Source: Dolichospermum sp. DET69 (GTDB lineage Bacteria > Cyanobacteriota > Cyanobacteriia > Cyanobacteriales > Nostocaceae). Taken from it: a stretch of DNA of 48,000 nucleotides. Shown here piece after piece: positions 9,608-17,675 of the stretch (its first letter is position 1; every line of letters starts with the position of its first letter). The notes below the pieces were generated by a model. It had not been told where the DNA came from and searched no databases. It saw only the letters and a list, made by a program, of their open reading frames with translations. Location of the stretch: the NCBI GenBank assembly GCA_017355425.1, contig CP070233.1, forward strand, positions 5,341,272 to 5,389,271, in the 5' to 3' direction. The position numbers were made by a program, and so were the translations under genes.

Positions 9608-11359
9608 ATGGGATCTCACAAAAACGAAGAGAAGAAAGGAGAATATTCGATGTTCCAATGCGAAAAAGTTTTCCTAGAGCAGTTAGAACCCACGACATCA
9701 CTAGAATACCAGTGGGATTTAGTATTTGATGATGAACGAAGAGTTAGGTGGAAAGGTTTTTATACTGGACCTCTGACTTTGACCACTGAAAAAATTGCAG
9801 CACTGTGTCTAAAGCTTTTGGGGATAGACATCACAGAATTGCAAAAAGTAGCATCTCAGGAATTACAGCCTACTCCCCTCGGAAAGAATTGGCCAGCCCT
9901 AATCATGCACTCACAAACCCCCGATGTCAAATCCTTTGAACAAGATCTCCTCGATCTGATGAATGGTCCGACTCCTTTAGACCACACAACTTATGCTGAA
10001 GCTCGTTCCGCTTATTTTGCGCGACAACAGGATCTAGCGATTGGTCGTACTAACCCGTGGAAAACCGCAGTTGAATTGGAGAAGATTAATGCCATTGAAA
10101 TTCCGGGTATTGATTACTACTACCTTTCCCATGCGCTGCTGCTACTTGCTGAAGAGCATCTAATCTCACCCAGTTTAGAAATTAATCAGATCCTTGAGTT
10201 TTTGAGAAGCAACGAATATACGATTGTTCGCGTATATAACCTGGAGAAAGAGATGCAAATATTTCTTATCTGGCTAAAGCGCTTGGCAAATTTAGAAAAC
10301 CTATCTATAGACACCAATACTCCTGATGTAGCTCAATCTTGGAATCGCAAAAGTATACTCTATCCAACAGTTCGAGACGCACTGGCACTGGAAACAATTT
10401 TACTAAACCACTCCCCTCGACATATATTAGAGGTTGAATCACGTTCTTCACTTTTATATAAAAAACTAAACCTGACGATTCCCGTACTACCGGGCTATAC
10501 AATTGAACGTTCGGGAGAAGATATAGACTCTTTTGTTCAGCAAACAATTCAGGCCACAAGGTTGCTCAAGACAAGATATGGACTTGAACGCGCTTGTCTA
10601 AAAGCTTCCGAAGCAGCTGATGGCGCACGTATTTTTGCGGGTCTTGATCTCAGAGATGAATTGAAAATCGAGGATCTTGCCAAGGATGCTTATCAGCATG
10701 GAGATGACTATCTCCTCGAAGCACATATTGAATATCTGCAAGTTAACGTAGGTGGACAAATGCTGAAAACTACACCCTCTGCACATATCCGTTGGGGAGA
10801 GGTTGCAGAAGGTTTAACCCTGCAAATGACACAGGGAACTTCCTGGAAAGGTAATATTTATATCAACGAAGCAGTTGGGGATTTATTCGGAGTCTCCAAA
10901 GCACATTATCAGATTATTGCTGAAACAATGAACGATTTTCTATGTGCCTTTCAAAGTAAAAACCTTGGCTTAATGATTGCCGGCTTTGATTTCGCTATTG
11001 GTAGAATCGGGGGAGTATTTGAGGACGAGGTGCTGGTAGCCGCACAAGACCCGAATGTTTCTTTCAATGGTGCCGAATGTCTCAGAATCTTTAGAGAAAA
11101 GGTTAAGGATCACCACTTATGGACAGATGATCACTTTTATGCAGTTACCAGGGTGATACGTCCAACCCTTCAGGGCACACTCCCCGTTATTCGACAAATC
11201 ACTGATGTTGTTACTGATACAGAAACTTATGCCACCACGATTGCCTCAATTCCTGGTTGTTGGGGTATGATCGCGGTGGCAAATAGAGATCCTGAAGAAG
11301 TGCTCAAAAAGCTTTCTTCTCTTTATGATTCTTTGATTCGTCAGAATCTCATTACCTGA
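9608..11359 (+). CDS. Hypothetical 583-aa protein; the C-terminal half looks ATP-grasp-like (possible amide ligase)
   Basis: Long clean ORF with no recognisable N-terminal domain. The C-terminal half has a pattern reminiscent of ATP-grasp folds: LKASEAADGARIF ... YLLEAHIEY ... GFDFAIGRIGG..EVLVAAQDPNVSFNG (compare K-x-S, E-x-x-I and D-F-x...E-x-N). This is pattern recognition only. Confidence 0.35.
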   Translation: MGSHKNEEKKGEYSMFQCEKVFLEQLEPTTSLEYQWDLVFDDERRVRWKGFYTGPLTLTTEKIAALCLKLLGIDITELQKVASQELQPTPLGKNWPALIMHSQTPDVKSFEQDLLDLMNGPTPLDHTTYAEARSAYFARQQDLAIGRTNPWKTAVELEKINAIEIPGIDYYYLSHALLLLAEEHLISPSLEINQILEFLRSNEYTIVRVYNLEKEMQIFLIWLKRLANLENLSIDTNTPDVAQSWNRKSILYPTVRDALALETILLNHSPRHILEVESRSSLLYKKLNLTIPVLPGYTIERSGEDIDSFVQQTIQATRLLKTRYGLERACLKASEAADGARIFAGLDLRDELKIEDLAKDAYQHGDDYLLEAHIEYLQVNVGGQMLKTTPSAHIRWGEVAEGLTLQMTQGTSWKGNIYINEAVGDLFGVSKAHYQIIAETMNDFLCAFQSKNLGLMIAGFDFAIGRIGGVFEDEVLVAAQDPNVSFNGAECLRIFREKVKDHHLWTDDHFYAVTRVIRPTLQGTLPVIRQITDVVTDTETYATTIASIPGCWGMIAVANRDPEEVLKKLSSLYDSLIRQNLIT

Positions 11360-11408
11360 GTTTTCCATTCTTAATTAGGGTTTGCTGAATAAGTCTTTTC
11401 GTAAGGAC

Positions 11409-11452
11409 TAGGAGTCAGGAGTCACCGAGTCAGGAGTCACCGAGTCAGGAGG
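11409..11452. repeat. STRR-type heptamer tandem repeats (GGAGTCA / CCGAGTCA series)
   Basis: taggagtcaggagtcaccgagtcaggagtcaccgagtcaggagg. Related arrays lie at 47124-47154 (inverse), 47950-47985 and 42090-42105. Confidence 0.85.
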
Positions 11453-12266
11453 AATAAGGGACTTCCAAGAAATAAATTATCCCAATAAACGAACCACAGA
11501 GGCACAGAGAACACAGAGAGAGAATTTTTGCGTCAGTTTTGGGACATTTTTTTATTTGGAAGTCCCTAAAGAGGAGGAATAAAGAGGAGGAAGAAGAAGG
11601 AAGAGAAGGTTGGACAATTAGTCCTCAAATTTACGCGATTATTTTTGATGAAAATGCCAGGGTTTTAAACATCTATTGTCAATAATCTTGCACTTGTTTG
11701 GTTATAAAACCCTGCAAACCTTTATCTATCAACCCTTTTGCTTTCTTTTTTGCAAACCCTAATTAGACATCTCCAGAAAGGAAATACGCCTATCGTAGAA
11801 GCGGGTAGGAATTCTCGGATCTACATTTTTTTTGGAGGTGTCTATTGTATCCTACCTTCCGCACCCTAAACTGTCACACAACGAAAATTGGTTGTTTGGA
11901 GATTTGGTTTTAGCGAACTGCTTGCAGCAGCACTAGTTCCCTGCGGGACGCTCCGCGTAGTTTGCTTCCCGTAGGATACGCTATCGCCTGCCAATATTTT
12001 TTGATATTAGTATAAAATTTAATAATCATGGTTAATTTGTACAGTGTATAATTCCTAAAAATTTTCCTCATGACAAGATTCTTAAATCAATTTCTTTAAT
12101 ACAAAGTTCTCTCTGTGATATTATCAATCGTATGTTGTACTGTCTCAATATACCTACCATTTTTGAGCCTCGTAATCAATCAAATTTTCTTGGCTTTTAT
12201 ATGGTCATGTTATTTAAACCGTGTTACATTAATCAGTGAAAGACGCAATCCATAGTGTAGTTTAAG

Positions 12267-13259
12267 ATGATTCATGAATCAGTAGCAAGCTCTATAGGTC
12301 AAACACCCTTAGTATCTTTGTCTAGATTATTCCCCTATAAAAACATTAAAGTTATAGCAAAACTGGAGTTTTTAAATCCTGGAGGTAGTATTAAAGACCG
12401 TCCGGCTCGCTTTATTATTGAACAAGGGTTGCAGGATGGAAGCATTTCTAGAAAAACCCACCTAATTGAAAGTACGTCTGGGAACTTAGGTATTGCCTTG
12501 GCCATGCTGGCACGAGTCCACGAGCTTAAATTCACGTGTGTAGTAGATCCCAAAATATCAACAGTGAACTTACAGATGTTGAAGCTTTTGGGGGCTAATA
12601 TTGAGATGGTTGACACACCTGACAATCAAGGCGGCTATCTACAGTCTAGAATTAAACGGGTGCAGGAATTATTAAAGACCATTCCCCAAAGTTATTGGAT
12701 TAACCAGTATGCTAACGAACTTAACTGGAAGGCACATTACTATGGAACTGGCGCTGAAATTGTTTCCAGTCTAGACCACCCCATTGATTGTCTGATCATT
12801 GCTACCAGTACCACAGGAACACTATTGGGAGTGTCGAAACGTCTCCGTCAGGAGTTTCCTAACTTGCGAGTTGTTGCCGTGGATGCTGTGGGTTCGGTTA
12901 TTTTTGGGGCACAACCAGGCGCGAGGGAGATACCTGGCATTGGTGCAAGTCGGGTACCTGAACTTAGCAGTCAGCTTGAAGTAGATGAAGTTATCTACGT
13001 TAACGATAGAGAGTCCGCTTTGGGGTGTCGCGCTCTTCTTGAACATGAAGGTATTTTTGCTGGTGGTTCTTCAGGGTCAGTGATTGCCGCTATTCAGAAA
13101 CTCATCCCGACTTTGCCTTCTTCTTACCGTGTCCTCACTATTTTACCTGATCGAGGAGAACGGTACTTAAATTCAGTCTATGACGATAACTGGTTAATGC
13201 AATTGCCCACGCCACTAACAACGGCTAAACTACCTGATATGATCACCCAGATGGTCTAG
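12267..13259 (+). CDS. sbnA: SbnA-type PLP enzyme: N-(2-amino-2-carboxyethyl)-L-glutamate synthase (step 1 of L-2,3-diaminopropionate synthesis)
   Basis: 330 aa. Block-for-block similar to the remembered S. aureus SbnA: KLEFLNPGGSIKDRPA, HLIESTSGNLGIALAM, CVVDPKIS, YWINQYANELNW, PGIGASRVPE, EGIFAGGSSGS, ILPDRGERYL. Confidence 0.85.
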   Translation: MIHESVASSIGQTPLVSLSRLFPYKNIKVIAKLEFLNPGGSIKDRPARFIIEQGLQDGSISRKTHLIESTSGNLGIALAMLARVHELKFTCVVDPKISTVNLQMLKLLGANIEMVDTPDNQGGYLQSRIKRVQELLKTIPQSYWINQYANELNWKAHYYGTGAEIVSSLDHPIDCLIIATSTTGTLLGVSKRLRQEFPNLRVVAVDAVGSVIFGAQPGAREIPGIGASRVPELSSQLEVDEVIYVNDRESALGCRALLEHEGIFAGGSSGSVIAAIQKLIPTLPSSYRVLTILPDRGERYLNSVYDDNWLMQLPTPLTTAKLPDMITQMV

Positions 13260-13299
13260 TTTGCAAACGAATCTAGCACTTATCCCCAGCAAAAAAAAT

Positions 13300-14328
13300 A
13301 TGACCTCCCAACTTACACAACCGCCAAAGATTCTTTATCTGAGCAAATCAGACATTATTCAACTGTGCGGAAATTCTTCTCAGTTGTACATAGATGCAGT
13401 CAGCCATGCTCTTGTTCTTCATGCTGAGGGCAAAATTGTCCAACCCCTCAAGCCATATTTGCGCTGGCGCGGTGATGAAAATCATATTGCTGACCGGATA
13501 ATAGCCATGCCGGCCTATTTGGGTGGTGATAACCCAGTCGCTGGTTTAAAGTGGGTTGGAAGTAAGCATGATAATCCTTCTGTACACGGTATAGACCGAG
13601 CTAGTGCGATCATCATTCTGAATGACACCCAAACTCATTACCCAATTGCTATTCTTGAGGGCAGTCTAATCAGCGGTATGCGAACCGCGGCTGTTACTTC
13701 GGTAGCGGCTAAGTACCTAGCGCGAACAGGTTTTTCTCGTGTAACCTGCATTGGCTGTGGACCCATTGCCAAGATGCAACTATTGACAATTCTTGAGCAA
13801 TTCCCTTTAATTACTACCATTTATCTATTCGACCTCAACTCCCTCGCTGCTAAGAATTTAGTTCTTGAGCTAAACCAACACTTCCCAGGAGTAGAATACC
13901 ATATTGCAGCAACGGCAGAGGAAGCAGTGCGCCAGGGCGAGGTGGTTATAACCTGTACGGTTACGGACAAACCCTATATACCCTACGAATGGCTGCAAAA
14001 AGGAACTTTTGTGAGCAATATTTCCATTATGGACCTACACAAAGAGGTCTTCTTGAAAGCTGATAAGGTAGTAGTGGACGACTGGGAACAATCCAATCGT
14101 GAGAAGAAAATAATTAATCAGTTAGTAATTGAAGGGAGCTTTTCCCGCGAGCATCTACACGCGGAACTAGGTGAAATAATCCTTGGAAACCGATCAGGTC
14201 GGGAGTCAAATGAAGAAATCATCGTTCTTAATCCCATGGGAATGGCAATTGAAGATATGGCTTGTTCCCAAAGCATCTACGAGAAAGCCCTGGCTACGGG
14301 GGTTGGCTTTTGGTTGAATCTTGATTAA
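13300..14328 (+). CDS. sbnB: SbnB-type NAD-dependent ornithine-cyclodeaminase-family enzyme (step 2 of L-2,3-diaminopropionate synthesis)
   Basis: Matches the remembered S. aureus SbnA partner SbnB: VQPLKPYLR, HIADRIIAMP, GLKWVGSKHDNPS, SLISGMRTAAV, GEVVITCTVTDKPYIPYEWLQKGTFVSNISIMDLHKEVFLKADKVVVDDW, NREKKIINQLV, LNPMGMAIED. The track ORF opens at a TTG at 13261. I prefer the ATG at 13300 (MTSQLTQPPKILYLSKSDI), which aligns with the SbnB N-terminus. Confidence 0.85.
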   Translation: MTSQLTQPPKILYLSKSDIIQLCGNSSQLYIDAVSHALVLHAEGKIVQPLKPYLRWRGDENHIADRIIAMPAYLGGDNPVAGLKWVGSKHDNPSVHGIDRASAIIILNDTQTHYPIAILEGSLISGMRTAAVTSVAAKYLARTGFSRVTCIGCGPIAKMQLLTILEQFPLITTIYLFDLNSLAAKNLVLELNQHFPGVEYHIAATAEEAVRQGEVVITCTVTDKPYIPYEWLQKGTFVSNISIMDLHKEVFLKADKVVVDDWEQSNREKKIINQLVIEGSFSREHLHAELGEIILGNRSGRESNEEIIVLNPMGMAIEDMACSQSIYEKALATGVGFWLNLD

Positions 14329-14453
14329 GGGCAAATCACAAATTGGACAGGGAGATAATATTTAATATCAATGCAACGGGATACAAGTGTTGGCATTGTG
14401 TTATGTAAATCTCAATCAGTTGTATACTACTTGAATTTTAAAGGAGTTGTCAG

Positions 14454-15497
14454 GTGCTAAGTATTAATCAGTTACAGGAAAAGTCCTCAAATTTACAAGA
14501 TCGGAGTTGGCCTCCTGTCAACAAATTTCAGGGTTTCAGCGGTTTAATCAAAGACTTTCTTTATTTAGATGTAACTCAGCAATATGAAATATTAGCTAAA
14601 AGCAGGGATAACTCTGAAGAACATGGTAAATTTATTCACGAAAGTTTAGGATTAATTTATGCCTATGTACTCGGTTATGAAGATAGCCCTTGCTATATCA
14701 CGACCAATGAAGAATTAGAAATAAAATTACAGCAATTAAAGATTGTTTTAGAAAGAGAATTAATGAATTATTGGTTAGATATACCAGCAATTCCCCAACA
14801 GCTAAATCAGGGGGAAGCGGTTGATTATCTTAACAAAAAAATACTTGATAATTCCGGCGTTTACCATGAACTATTTGATTATATTGCGACAAAGGCCTCA
14901 AAAACGGCTGTTATAACTTTTTTACAAAATGAAGTCATCCGCAATGAGGTGGTTGATGATGAGGTAGCTTTACTGGTAAAGGGTTTACAAGGGCTACTAA
15001 AAAAGGTAGTTGCATCAAATCTTTGGGATGAGTGCGGTCGTGGCAAGCTTAATGATTTCCACACATATTGGTTAAGAATGTTGTTGGAAGAATTAAATGG
15101 TTGGAATCAACTATCTGATTATCGAAAACTAACGAGTCCCTGGTACGCTAAGATAACATCAAACTCATTTAATATGCTGTTGACACGTCCAGGATACAAA
15201 TATATGGCATATGGAGCTTTCTTGGTATTTGAAAGTTGGGTGCATCCACATTTTGAAAGAATTATTGCGGGTTTAAAAAGAGTTGGTATTGATCAGGAAG
15301 ATTTGAGTGTTTATTTTACTGCTCACCTAGCCATTGATCAATATCACACAAGAGAGTTACTTGCCGGTATAGCTAATCAAGAGCCGAGGTTAAATCAAGC
15401 AGAAGTTGACCAAATTCTTCTGGGATCACATTTAGCAATAGCAGCGGGAACAGCACAGTATGGGCGGATGTTGTCTTATCTTTCAACTCTCAAATAG
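14454..15497 (+). CDS. Heme-oxygenase-like diiron oxidase/oxygenase (HDO; iron-containing redox enzyme family)
   Basis: 347 aa, all-helical. Candidate six-ligand diiron set: E193-x9-H203 (WDECGRGKLNDFH), E260 (FESW) and H291-x3-D295-x2-H298 (HLAIDQYH). GTG start with AAGGAG 7 nt upstream (14441-14446). Confidence 0.6.
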   Translation: MLSINQLQEKSSNLQDRSWPPVNKFQGFSGLIKDFLYLDVTQQYEILAKSRDNSEEHGKFIHESLGLIYAYVLGYEDSPCYITTNEELEIKLQQLKIVLERELMNYWLDIPAIPQQLNQGEAVDYLNKKILDNSGVYHELFDYIATKASKTAVITFLQNEVIRNEVVDDEVALLVKGLQGLLKKVVASNLWDECGRGKLNDFHTYWLRMLLEELNGWNQLSDYRKLTSPWYAKITSNSFNMLLTRPGYKYMAYGAFLVFESWVHPHFERIIAGLKRVGIDQEDLSVYFTAHLAIDQYHTRELLAGIANQEPRLNQAEVDQILLGSHLAIAAGTAQYGRMLSYLSTLK

Positions 15498-15621
15498 TAA
15501 GCTGTTCGGAATTTAAACTGTATAACTTAAAACAAGTTTAATTATTGTGGGGTGGGACTCCTTACCCGCCCTGTTTATTTTGTACAACATTACCTCCAAA
15601 AGTCTTTGCCACAAAATCATT

Positions 15622-16593
15622 ATGACTAATACCGTGGAATTGCCAGAGCAACAGACAGATTTTAGATCCGATAAAATACAGATTATTTTATTGTTCGTAG
15701 CAGTATTTACTTTATCACTAGCAGCAATCTTAATCAAATTTAGCGAACAATATATTGGTCCTAATGCTACGATTTTCAATCGCTTCTGGATAGCCACTTT
15801 TATTCTAGGACTGTGGAAAGGTGGTAAATATTTAGCTTCTCAACTATTCCAAGATACTTCCAGTGTAAAAGAAAGTTATACAATATTCGATATATCACTA
15901 TTGGTGTTAACGGCTATCTTAATTTCACTTTCCCAGCTTTCCTGGGCTTGGTCTATAACTACAACAAGCGTTGCTAACGCGAATTTATTACATAATATGA
16001 CCCCAATTTTCACCATATTAGGGGGATGGCTGCTATTAAATTATTCCTTTAACAGTAAATTTCTCATCGGTATGGTTTTAGCTATAGGAGGAGCTATAAC
16101 TATTAGCATTCAAGATTTACAAATTTCTACAGATCATCTGAATGGTGATAGTTTAGCTTTACTATCTGCTATATTTTTTGGAGCTAACAATTTAGTGGTA
16201 GAAAAATTAAGAGTCAAGTTTTCGACAATAAGCATATTATTATGGTCTTGTTTTTTCCGAATATTTTTGACATTTCCAGTAGTGATATTAACTGAAGATA
16301 AAATTTTCCCATCTTCCTGGCAGGGATGGTTACCAGTCATCTTTCTAGCTATTTTCTGCCAAGTGATTGGTTCGGGGATTCTCTTCTATAGCCTCAAACA
16401 CTTCTCTTCAGGATTTATTTCTTTGTTCCTTCTGCTTGAGCCGATCATTGCTACAATTCTTGCATGGATCTTCTTTGGTGAAGATTTAAGTCTCCTAAAT
16501 GGGTTAGCTTTTATTGTAGTTTTAGTTGGTATATATGTCGCTAAATCTGCTCAAGAATCTGATGGTGAGGTTAACCCTCTTCCGTCAAAATAA
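15622..16593 (+). CDS. EamA/DMT-superfamily transporter (probable metabolite exporter)
   Basis: About 10 TM segments arranged as two EamA-like halves. The track ORF starts at a GTG at 15547. The ATG at 15622 (MTNTVELPEQQTDF...) just before the first TM helix is more plausible. Confidence 0.7.
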   Translation: MTNTVELPEQQTDFRSDKIQIILLFVAVFTLSLAAILIKFSEQYIGPNATIFNRFWIATFILGLWKGGKYLASQLFQDTSSVKESYTIFDISLLVLTAILISLSQLSWAWSITTTSVANANLLHNMTPIFTILGGWLLLNYSFNSKFLIGMVLAIGGAITISIQDLQISTDHLNGDSLALLSAIFFGANNLVVEKLRVKFSTISILLWSCFFRIFLTFPVVILTEDKIFPSSWQGWLPVIFLAIFCQVIGSGILFYSLKHFSSGFISLFLLLEPIIATILAWIFFGEDLSLLNGLAFIVVLVGIYVAKSAQESDGEVNPLPSK

Positions 16594-16836
16594 GTACCTG
16601 GAAAAAATTAATTACACAAACATCAGGGCTGAAATCCTTGACTGGTAAAGAATTGGTAAATAACTAATATGTAATTAATTCTGTCTAGGTACTTATGAAT
16701 CTGAATCGCAAAAATAATTGCCTAATTTCCAAATCCAGATGAAACATTAATAAATCGCCAAGAACTTTATGTGGCGTTAAAATTCGTTTTTATGACAAGG
16801 GGACAGGGAAGAGGTCTTGGGAGATTTTACTTTTTA

Positions 16837-17628
16837 TTACTTATCTTCTTGCATACTTCTGACAATTTTCGTCACCATTTTCCTAGGAATAAACCGCACA
16901 CATTTTGACATAAGTTTATTCATGAAACCAGGAATAATAATAGTTTTTCCTTTAATTAAAGCATCATAACCAATCTGTGCAACCGTTTCCGCATCCATCA
17001 TTTTTTTACCTTTAAGCATTTTAGAATCAGCCATGCCGCTTCTTTCATGAAATGCTGATACAGTAGAACCCGGACAAAGAACTGTTACAGTTACACCTGT
17101 ACCTTCTAATTCATTAGCGATCGCTTCTGAAAATGATAAAATATAGGCTTTAGTGGCAAAATACACTGCCATTAACGGACCTGGTTGAAATGCAGCCGCA
17201 GAAGCAACATTTAATATCTTGCCATGACCTTGTTTAACCATTTGTTTGAGAAATAACTTGGTTAAATGGGTTAAACAAACTAAATTTACCTGTAACATTT
17301 CCAGTTCGGTACTGAGGTTAGTTTCATTAAATAATCCATGATTTCCAAACCCGGCATTATTTACTAAAATATCAACCTTAATTCCAGCCTCTTGCAACTC
17401 TGTAAAAATTTCTTCTGGAGATGTGGATATAGATAAATCTTTGATAATAGGTTTAACAGAAACCCCAAACTCTTCTTGAAAATCAACAGCTATTTTCGTA
17501 AGTTTTTCACCTACCCTATCTACCAATACAAGATTGTAATTTTCACGAGCAAAAATCCGGGCTAACTGATAACCAATACCATTGGCTGAACCCGTAATTA
17601 AAACAGTTCCCTGACATTTTACGTTCAT
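16837..17628 (-). CDS. Classical short-chain dehydrogenase/ketoreductase occupying the hetN position of the HGL island
   Basis: 263 aa. TGSANGIGYQLA (TGxxxGxG), NNAG, S...YFATK (YxxxK). It lies directly downstream of hglB/hetM, as hetN does in Anabaena PCC 7120, but it has no RGSGR motif. Confidence 0.8.
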   Translation of the reverse strand: MNVKCQGTVLITGSANGIGYQLARIFARENYNLVLVDRVGEKLTKIAVDFQEEFGVSVKPIIKDLSISTSPEEIFTELQEAGIKVDILVNNAGFGNHGLFNETNLSTELEMLQVNLVCLTHLTKLFLKQMVKQGHGKILNVASAAAFQPGPLMAVYFATKAYILSFSEAIANELEGTGVTVTVLCPGSTVSAFHERSGMADSKMLKGKKMMDAETVAQIGYDALIKGKTIIIPGFMNKLMSKCVRFIPRKMVTKIVRSMQEDK

Positions 17629-17675
17629 TTTAAAAAAGTTAATTAGCTAGGCACGGTTTACCCGTGCCAATACCA

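Noticed and set aside
12267-14328. Direct assignment of the sbnAB pair to BMAA biosynthesis
   Set aside because: Dap is the demethyl skeleton of BMAA, but no methyltransferase is present in the islet and nothing in the sequence speaks to N-methylation. I mention it only as a hypothesis in the finding.
9114-16923. The Dap islet, or the array, as a developmentally excised interruption element (nifD/fdxN/hupL type)
   Set aside because: Neither contains a XisA/XisC/XisF-type recombinase. The SDR gene is intact rather than interrupted, and removing the array would still leave stop codons between hglE and hglG. The 87-bp flanking repeats are only 85 percent identical.
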